Positions 54,126 through 64,000 of a stretch of 64,000 nt of DNA are shown one piece after another. Under the pieces are notes generated by a model, which saw only the letters and a program-made list of their open reading frames with translations, was not told the DNA's origin and searched no databases. The stretch comes from Balanoglossus misakiensis (Eukaryota; Animalia; Hemichordata). A program made the translations under genes and the position numbers. The DNA is taken from positions 15,414,550 through 15,478,549 of the forward strand of contig CM082579.2 in the NCBI GenBank assembly GCA_040954595.2. The letters run 5' to 3'. How positions within the stretch are numbered: position 1 is the first letter of the stretch; the number at the start of each line of letters is the position of its first letter.

Positions 54126-54969
54126 TACTTCATCCTATAGAATCTACCGACCTGGTCGCTGTCAATAACAATTCAACTCCTTAAACATCCTGTGTGTGTG
54201 AAGTCTATGAACACTGGCCATGCATTTCAATTCAAGGACAAAATGAATGCGCAATATTTCGTTTTATCGAGAGTAATGTGCAGTGATTAAATTTGCTAGG
54301 GCTCTCTTAGCAGATTTGGAGATAGTCATTTTGGTAGAAACTTTTCGAGATGGGAAATCTTTGGTCATCTAACCAAGTTATTTGTATTTTTGTTATATAA
54401 GACAGAGTCATTTCTATATCATAGATGCAAAATTAATTTATAACATGAATTTGAATAAATATTTTTTTTAAATATCACCACATGAATTTGAATAAAATAT
54501 TTTTTTTAAATATCACCAGATTGAAATCTTTGGAAGTTTGCACTTAGAGGGATGGCATGGCAGTTTTCCACTGTTCATATTACAAAGAATTTGGCGTCAC
54601 GTGTAGATTTCATGAGTGTTCGAGTTTTGCTCTTCCCAGCCTCGTACCCACAATCCTCTGATACTTACACTTACGTCAGTTCTATAGCCGCTGACCCACT
54701 AGATTCTCCTTATGAATTGCCCAAATTATTTTTTGGTGTAGTTTTGATAGTTGGTGCACGGAAACTTTTGATCGATTCACGAAATTCAAAATATGTTACA
54801 TCACAAACCTCATAAAATGGAGGCTAGAGTAGCCTGTTTGTTTTCAGGTAATTTTACAATTACCTCAATTACCTTTTTTCGAGGGAGGGGGTTAAGAAAA
54901 CATACAGATTGAAATAACAAGGAAGTGGTATATCAAACCGAAACCTTATCTCAATCGTGATTCTAGCGT

Positions 54970-57900
54970 GTTTCCATGTCATGTGACATCCACAAAAATG
55001 TGGTATTATCTTGAAAAGAGTCCCGATTTCCCAAACTGGTTTTGCAAATGTACTTCACTTTGGAGCAATGCATGAGTACATTCGTAGAAAGATATTGCTC
55101 CACTATTTACTGACACTCCTCTTTTACTGCAAATATTACTGCATTCTGTCAGGGCAAGACAAAAGACACAGCAGAACTGCCAGTATTAAAACAGACAACT
55201 GGCAATTTCAATAAAACATGTAATAACAAATATATGTAACATTGAATGAGGTGTCCATACAGCTTGGTCATTTAAAGACCTCCAGTCATTGTGACAATGC
55301 ATAAATATTTATGTACACCATGTTAAATATTAGTTCAGGCATACCTTATACATGTATGTTTTTGACGGACCATATCCTCAGCACGCCCTTTTTTTTCAAA
55401 AAGACTATCATTATTCTCTGCCAGGCAGAGAGTTGCCGCTTTCTTGTTAACAATAATATACTATTATAACATTGCATAGATTCCTGTTTGTTTCTGTCCA
55501 TATCTCACAAACTGTGGTGTGTATACTGTTGAAATGACCTCAAGAAGAAAATGCCAAATGGAAAAATATTTGACATACTAACCTGTATGATAATGTTATA
55601 CGGTACATTATATTTAACGGTTCCAATCCAATGTTGAGAACTAAGAAAACAATTTGAGCAGAATTCATTTAAAATTAATTGCAGTTCCGTTTCACCGCAT
55701 TTCATAGGATGCTGGCTAAAATTCATAGTATGGTGGATTACCTGTTATGCATTTCTTTCCCTATTTCGTCTGGCAGATTTGAGTTTGACAAGCTGTCATT
55801 TTCCTTTCAGCTCCGCAAAATTGATGGATTTACTTTGACAGCACACAGACTGTCCATTTGTCATCGGAGATACAAGCAGCATCAGGTGCTGAACAGCTTG
55901 CAGCAGTGTTGGAAAAGAGTACACCACACTAACTTGCAAGAGTGCATTGGCCCTTCCTTCACACTGTCCGAAACTTGTTGTGTTACATCATTGCTTAATG
56001 AATAAGAAATACACAGGTATTTAGCGTTCCATTCAATACCTACAATAGATAAAAGGGTGTCGGTCTGTATGCGACAATCTTCAATGTTCTTATGAGCACA
56101 AGGCTTTATTCAGGGAACGTTTTACAGTAAGAATTATATGATATAAACTGAATAAGTTTGTTGTCTGTCAACTCTTCTGTCTTTGTCTTACCGATACGGT
56201 TCTAACCGCGAACACTGAGGCTTCTCTGCTCGTAAACAGTATAAATCAATGGATGATAAAATGCGCCCTCTTTTGGTGAACTCTTCCTACCGCCCGACCT
56301 TCTACCTTACATTAAGGCATGTAGGGCGGTCAGGTAGATGGCAGTGTATTGCAAGCGTCTCTTGCATATTTTTTTCCGCCAGGAATGGCATACATTCGTT
56401 TTTGGCGACACCACAACTGCTGGAACTTCTCGAAAAATTGAGAGCCGGATTTCATAAATGCTCATGTTTTCCAAAGGGCTGAAAGAAGATCCAGAGTGGA
56501 ATATTTAAATTTGCCTGTGGCAGACATCATAGTGGCTGCCAGTTATTCTATTTCTTGTGCAAGAAATAGTATCTTGTTCCAGCGAGATGATTTCTCGTGT
56601 GCACGAGAAACATGCTATCTCGTGCATATCTCGTGCGCACGAGAAAATTGCGAGCGCACTCGTGTTCACGAGAAAATATCACATGCACACGTCAGTCGTG
56701 CGCACGAGATAAAAAAAATGTGCCCTGTAGTCTTTCTTAGGACATGGTAGCGTGACGTCGCATTGTAATTAACGGACGATCTTGGAAATTCGGCTATTAA
56801 TGGTGAATGGACTTTCGCCTCCTTCGAACAACAACAGAGACTGACGTCGCAACAATGACGGAAAAAGTGAAGCAAATGGCCGACAAAACGAAGAGAATCG
56901 GAAAACGGGCAGGATCCTCGGCACAGACATCTGAGAATAATACCACCACATCAAATAGAACGACGAGTAGTGCAGGACAAACCGCCACCAGTGACTATGA
57001 CAACAAGTCTGAAGGCGATGCTGGCGAACCCTTGCACAATACAACTACAGTCCTACAGAGAAATGCAGCCCAGCGCCACTCAAGATTTTCCATTCCTGGT
57101 CTGGCAACAGCCAAAATATGTTGTTGTTTTTTCTCTTAGAAGCGACCTCAGTCTGAGCTGCATGAGAATAAACTGTAGGTTGGGAATACTTGGAATTTAG
57201 CGAGCTCAACAAAAAAACACGCAGTCGCTGCGGTCAACACGTAGCTATTAGTTTCGGTTTTATGTTCGCTACAGCTCGGAAACCAAAATGTGGTACAACT
57301 TCAAGCTACATAAACTGGAAAGCATAGTAGTGCAGAGCAGACCATGGTGACGAAAGCAGGTATTCTAGGTCGTAAGATAAAAACACGGCGCTAGAAAAAC
57401 AGTCATCAAAAGTTGCACGTGTTCCCCGGCCACAGAAAGTCCAGTCGATAAACGTTTACGCTATAGAAACTCACTCTCTCAGCAAACGTCTGACACCCTC
57501 GTCAATGACAAAACGCAAACCGAGCTGGGTATGATCAAGTCAAACATAGGGCCAATCCCCACTCTGTGTTTTATTATTTTCCACATACGATGGTTCTAAA
57601 TAAAAATGTACCTATTTGAAATGCTTACCGAGGTAAGATCATTGAAAGTTTTCAAACGTTGATGACAAATGTATAACTGATTTTTTACAAATAAATAATC
57701 GCGCACTTGCATGTTATTTTCTCTATACCAGACACCGCGCGCGCGCCGTTGGCAAAAAAAACCGCGGAAAATTATTGAGCATGCGCAGTCAATACTTCAC
57801 ATTGTAAACAAGATGGCGTCGCTGCCTATGCTTCTGGACCGTTGTCGCCTGACTATGTCGGCAAAGAAGAGACGAATTTAACCATGCAACGCCATATCGG

Positions 57901-60900
57901 AAGATAGAATGGTCGCGAGATGAAACTGGGCTATCCAACGATTAGGCAGCCATGTTGACTGATTGGTATGTCGCCGAAGTAATTATTTGCCATTGATTTG
58001 TTTACCAGAAACGGTTTGCCTTTGAAACACATTTGGCCTCACCGAAATTGATTTCAGAGGTTTTTTCCCAAAAACTAATGACGTTCGTTTTCACCTGAGT
58101 GCGAGGATGGATTGAAGGGACACAAGCTTTTGTAGCCACCAATATTTTGACACTCTTTATATCAATGTTGAGCTGGCAAATTTGCTCCAATATGATGTAG
58201 TGTACCTGTTGCATTGAAATGAAGCTGTAATAATATTACAGTGCAATCTAGTCCTTTGGGTTAATAGGAAAACGAGGTCAATAAATGACAGGTTTATTTA
58301 AATACAGGATATATTTATCACAAGCACTTATGCATATGTATGAGATACTTATTTATTTTTAATTATTTTTTATTTTTTATTTATTTTGTACGTTCAGGTA
58401 ATCAAATGGATTTGTATGGAATCACATACAAATTAATTGAAGACTATCATATCACAGAAGTCGAGCCGCCAGATGTGTAAGGTAACCATTTAGGTTTCAT
58501 GACTAAGTTTGTTTAAGAATTCATAAAGCTACCCAATGAATGAATTTCCTTAAAATTTCACAAATGTGACAGAGTTTGCAATTGTGCAAGAAAGTGTGTA
58601 TTATTCACATAAGAATTTTTTCGTATGCATTTTTCTGATGGCAATGCATTTGACTGTAAACAAATATGGATGTCAGTTAGTAGTGCTATTTTGTCAGTGA
58701 AATGGCTTCATCATCATCCCTCCAACCAAAGTTGAAACAGAGTTGCAAATATTGCACAGCTTGAAATCATAAAATGTTGCAAAATTGAACCAACCGTTTG
58801 GTCAACGATTATGTTCTTACAGCAATTATTAGAACCAGACAGTCTCAGGGAACAAGAGACATGGGCCTGATTTGCAAGTTGAGTTAGAACTGCCTTTGCC
58901 TGCCCACGGACGCCCCAATTTCAGCAAAAATTATTGCATTAAAATATGAGTATGGAGAACTATGCTCTGTGTTTCTTTTGTTAGCTTACATAGCTGTTGT
59001 CATTCTAGTTTTTCCTCTGTCCTGTGAGCAGAGTTTCAGTTGCGAAAACTGACAGTTCTCAAAGTACAAAAGTACACCTAAATTGCCTTGGTGATGAGCA
59101 TGCAGAATTTATCTGATGCTTCTTACTGGCAGAAGGACCCCACCAGTTGCAGATTGTGAATTCCATGGCACAAGGGAATTTACGCTTTGCGTTCAAATAT
59201 AAATAATTAAATCCTGTAAAATTATTCTATATGTTATTTATTGATGATTCAAAAGTGTTATGACTGATTGTGTTAGAGTACCTGTATTCCATATAAGCAT
59301 GCTGTCAGTGCACATCCTATTGATAACAATTTCACATTTTTAAAAATTTGCTTCTCTGAATAATTATGAATACATAAAACTTCATATGATATAAATTGTC
59401 CTGATATCGTAAACATTAAACCCCGATGCGTGGTATAAAAGACCACCCAAATCAGTGGCGAATCTTAATGCCGTTTGACTGACAACAGACAACACCAATG
59501 ATCTTGGCTCTATGAAAATCGGCCCAAACAGATCCAAGCATAAAGAATTACACCACACAACGACAGTGGTTGGCTTTATAAACACACACAACATAAAGTT
59601 ATCGATGAAAAAGTACACGAGCTTTTGAAACAACGATGATTTTGGGAGAAATCTGGTTTCAGTGCTTTTCAGAAGCATCCCTGGGAAACAATAACCACAC
59701 CATTCAAACAGCTGTCAATCGCATAGAGGTGTAAAGTGTTCAATTATTTTCTATGTACATGAGATCAATTACACAGTTATTATGCATGACGACCACTCCC
59801 AAATAAACAACTGTACAAACACACGTTAATCCGAACCCCAGTGCTTTCCGCACCCGGGTTTAAGGCCTAATGCTAGTGTCACAACATTGATTACCAGACC
59901 GTTTCCCTCTGTATGTATGTATGTATGTATGTATGTATGTATGTATGTATGTATGTATGTATGTATGCATGTATGCATGTGTTTGTGTGTGTGTGTACAT
60001 GTGTGTATGCATGTTACATGTATATATGGATGTATGTCTGCCCTGATCCAAAACATGAAACCACTTCGCGTATCACCTTGATATTTGGTGTGTAGATGGG
60101 ATTTTGCTTAAATGAAGTTGTCATTGCAAAAATACGCAAATAACCTGTGAAATATGTGGAATTGATCAAAACTCAACAACTGGTTAGACTGCTTTACACA
60201 TTTGTATGCATGTAGGTAATGTCATCATACCTGATATACTTTGAGTTTATATCGTGAATTGTCTATTTTTTATGCAATTATTTTGTCTTGTTTTACCATT
60301 TGAAAAAAAATCTTTTCCTCTTAAAGAGATTGGCTGATTTCTTTAGAATTTAGTATGACACTTCCGGTAGGTGATCTTAGTTAGTTTTGTTTAAATTGTC
60401 GCAGAATTTGTAATCTGTCATGTTTGGTCAAAATTCATTTTCTGAGAAACTCCTTAGATTGCTTTCAAATTTTGGTATGCTTGTTCCAAGAGGTAACCCA
60501 AGTAATGTTGTATATCATTTTGGTGAAATTTACATATTGTGGTCTTGGGGCAATTTTTGCAATTTGTATTCTTTGAAACTACTAGTCAGATTGCTTTCAA
60601 CTTTGGTAGGCGTGGTGATTGAAGTAGATATTATACAATTTGTTGATAGTTGGATATATGTGGTTTGAGGCAGTTTTTGTCATTGTTGAATGTTGTTTTC
60701 CCTAAAATACTTGTCTGGTTCCTTTGAAATGTTCTTACAGTAGGTCATATCTGCTTGCCAATGTCACATGATTTTTCCCATGAACACAGACATACCTAAT
60801 TTTGTGTAATCCCCAGATGGGACCACAGTGTGTAATAACCTGACCAACAGTGACTAGTATATCCTGTGTGTTATACAGTACTTCTCACAAGGTTGAAGTA

Positions 60901-63900
60901 CATGTAGACTGTTGATGATTTTTTGCGATTCTTCAGAAACTTACAATACAGAGTCTAATGTGGTAACGTCCTTGGTCACATTCAGAACTACCTAGTCTAT
61001 GCCCGGCAGTGTTCTGTCCGCTTTGCTTCCAAAACTAATGTCTGGCCTCACTCATGCCACTTGCCCAATAAACTAATACCCCTTGCTGGGAATTATGATG
61101 TAACTAGCGTCGCTTTGAAGCCTATCACATTACTGAACAGTGTTGATTTGGTGTAAGATTATAGTGAAGGCAGGGCTTATTACATTGAAAATGCTACCCA
61201 ACCTTAATTACACGTATGTATATCATTTGTCTAATCATTGGAAAAACAATGTACATGTACCAAAGACTAAGTAGCTATTTGAAGGTGAATCGCAAGTGGG
61301 CACTTTCATTACTTAACCTCAAGCAGTCGGTAAGCTACCGTATACTAAGACAAACATTCCTGGTGTAATTAACATCACTGTCATTAGTAATATCTATCTC
61401 CAATCAGTATCAGTTCTGCCTTTATGTTATTTTAAGTCAATTGTCAAGGTTCATGTACATATATTACAGCTTAACTGTCTTGTCAAAAACTTACGCATGT
61501 ACATGTACCTAATTCTAGGCTTACCTGTAGGGTTAGAGATACAGTGTTTTATATTAATATGCATTAATATGAAACTAAAATTTGATGGTTAATTTAAGAC
61601 CCCCCTGAGCAATGGTAACCTCGTTAAATATGTGCATATCTAATTCTAGGCTATTCAGCTGAAGTAGAAACCTGGACATGGACAACTTCGGGGTCAAAAT
61701 CTTTTGACAAACATTTGTGTGATCTTGGGTAAACTTTGACCTACATTCCTATATTTTAGCATCCGGAGCAGATACAACCTTGACACTTGGAGTGATGGAA
61801 CTATTTGATTGAGTATTATGTCTTGCCTCATTAATTATGTACTTACCTAATGCCAGCCTAACCAATAGGGCTGGAAGTCTGGCTTTTTGGACATGATAAA
61901 TTTGAGATCAACATTTTTCAACAGCAGCCAGCCTTCTCTTAAAAAGAATGGACAATATAAAGGCTTTGATGGTATACTGAACTTTTGACTCCCTCCCTGA
62001 GACTGTGTGCCAATGACGGGATAGCCTACTCAGCGTTGGGTAGATCCTAAGAAGGCCTCAGCCAGGCATCAAATACAAAAAGCAGAAATCCAAGCTTTAA
62101 TGGTGGGTTACATCGTTAACTTCCCTGCAGAGCTGATTTCTCAGACTGTGAGCCAATGACAGGTAAAGCCCCTAGGTAGGGGCCACCTAAGACAGGCTGG
62201 TCATGCTTTAATCACAAAGAAGGGCAAGTTCAGTCTTACCACAACTTTGTCTGCTGTATATGCTTCATAAAGATTGCAGAGTATTTTGAGAATACATTGT
62301 GTTAAGGCAGTGTGACCAGCTAAAAAGTACTGGCAAACACAGCCAATGTGTAATGAAAAACATCTAATTTGGCTGAATAAAAGACATAAAACACAGCAAA
62401 AGCACTGTGACTAGCTGAGACATAATACTCCATTATGCAGTTCCATCACTCCAAGTGTCAAGGATGTATCTGTGCCGGATGCCAAGATATAGGAATGTAG
62501 GTCAAAGTTTACCCAAGATCACCCAACATTTTGTCATAAGATTTTGACCCCAAAGTTGTCCATGTCCAGGTTTCTACCGCAACTGGATAGCCTAGAATTA
62601 GATATGTACATATTTAATGAGGTTACCATGGATCAAGGCAGTCCTAAGTAAACCATCAAATTTTTAGTTTCATGTTAATTCATGTTAATATAAAACGCTG
62701 TATCTCTAACCCACTGGTATGCCATTCTGTGTTTCATGCTACCCAATATGGGTAAGTAGGTAAAAAGTCACCCTAGGCCATTTGAAATTTTCCTGAAAAA
62801 ATCTCGTCTCTTACATATGTACATTTGGTAAAAGGGAAATTTTAATCACGGAGTAGAACATATTCATAAAAAATATTTGAGGGAAAGAAGGAAGTTTTTC
62901 ATAGCTTTGGTGCTTCAAATAGTAGAGAGGTTCCCTTGTTATCCTTAGACTCAAACTCAGAGTTTCCAATCTTTCAGTATTTTCATGATATTACTTTCCA
63001 TCTTAGATTTGTTCATCTAAACAAACTGACTGATAGGTATACATGAACATTTTATTGACTAATGAATGTGCCTGTATGTTGCCATTTAAAAAAGTCAGAT
63101 ATTAAACGAGCGCCACACCTGTTTTAATCAGCCTCCATATGGAGGGTACACATCGCAGAGAGATGACAAACCCCATGCAAATTCAAGTAATATGGCTCAA
63201 TGTTGCTGATTTTAAAGGATAGGTGGATGATTTGAAAAATGTTATTGTGGAAAAAGATGTGTAAAATTTGGCAGCTTGTGAGGCTTTAATTGTAAAATCT
63301 TTGAAATGTGTTTTACTCTTTAGGTCCAATTTCGTATATGTCAATATACCATTGGGACCAATGTGAAATTGTTCTAAACTCAGAAACTCAAGAAGGTACT
63401 GGTCAGATTGCTTTAGAAATTGGTGTGTATTTATGTTATTGAGACTTTATACAGATTTTGTTTTTCATTTTTGAAGTATATTTTTGGGGTGATTTTGGTC
63501 GTCATATACTCAGAAACCTCTACCCACATTTTTTTTAAAATTTGGTTTGCATGTTCTTAGGTGTGATTTTATGACAATTTAACAAACCCAGTGATGGAAG
63601 TGACAATATTGTTTTTTTTTTTTTGGCAATTTCTGCCATTTTTGTCTGATTGCTTTGCAATTTAGTTTGCAGTTTCTAGGGAATTCTTACTGTGGTGCAC
63701 AAAATTCACAAAGGTGATTTACTATCCTCATGCGCTTTGTTGAACTGGCACCCTGTTGCAAAACAGACATTACAACACTCTTTGAATTGAATTCATAGCT
63801 ACCAATTTTTCGGGGGTGTAGCACCTTTTTTATGCCTAAAACTTTGATCGAGAACTTCAAATTAAATGCAACCCTCCAAATATTTGCAATATTTCAGGTA

Positions 63901-64000
63901 AAATGATATAATTTTAAAGCATAAATTTTGATGTATTCATAATCATTAAGAGAAACACATTTTGAAAATAGAATATTAATCACACTAGCAGTTATAATAC
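54970..64000 (+). repeat. segmental duplication copy B (runs off window end)
   Basis: Matches 1-10555 but lacks the 6043-7535 insertion. Confidence 0.97.
61965..62209 (+). ncRNA. third copy of candidate structured RNA
   Basis: Copy of 8521-8765; changes at 62161 and 62198 preserve pairing. Confidence 0.4.

Overview
AT-rich eukaryotic (animal) genomic DNA, repeat-dense, with spliceosomal introns. The repeat types and gene architecture suggest a marine invertebrate, possibly a deuterostome (inference only). Layout: (1) bases 1-10555 recur near-identically in direct orientation at 54970-64000, a ~55 kb period. (2) Two long, more diverged inverted arms (2810-12999 and 38001-49682) enclose a 25 kb spacer. 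(3) The spacer holds an 82-93 bp satellite with a recently duplicated LTR-like/LINE block, and a 14-exon, 5'-truncated, damaged minus-strand gene for a pentraxin-HYR-sushi-GCC2/GCC3-EGF single-pass membrane protein (SVEP1/uninflatable-like). It also holds a decayed OB-fold ORF and an A-rich array. (4) Each arm has nested inverted repeats around a ~245 nt core that is nearly invariant between arms and folds into a duplicated multi-hairpin structure, a candidate novel structured RNA. Many MITEs and Helentron-associated (HINE-like) elements are present, several confirmed by empty paralogous sites. No intact protein-coding gene, transposase, rRNA, tRNA or CRISPR array was recognised. Alignments, identities and folds were judged by eye.
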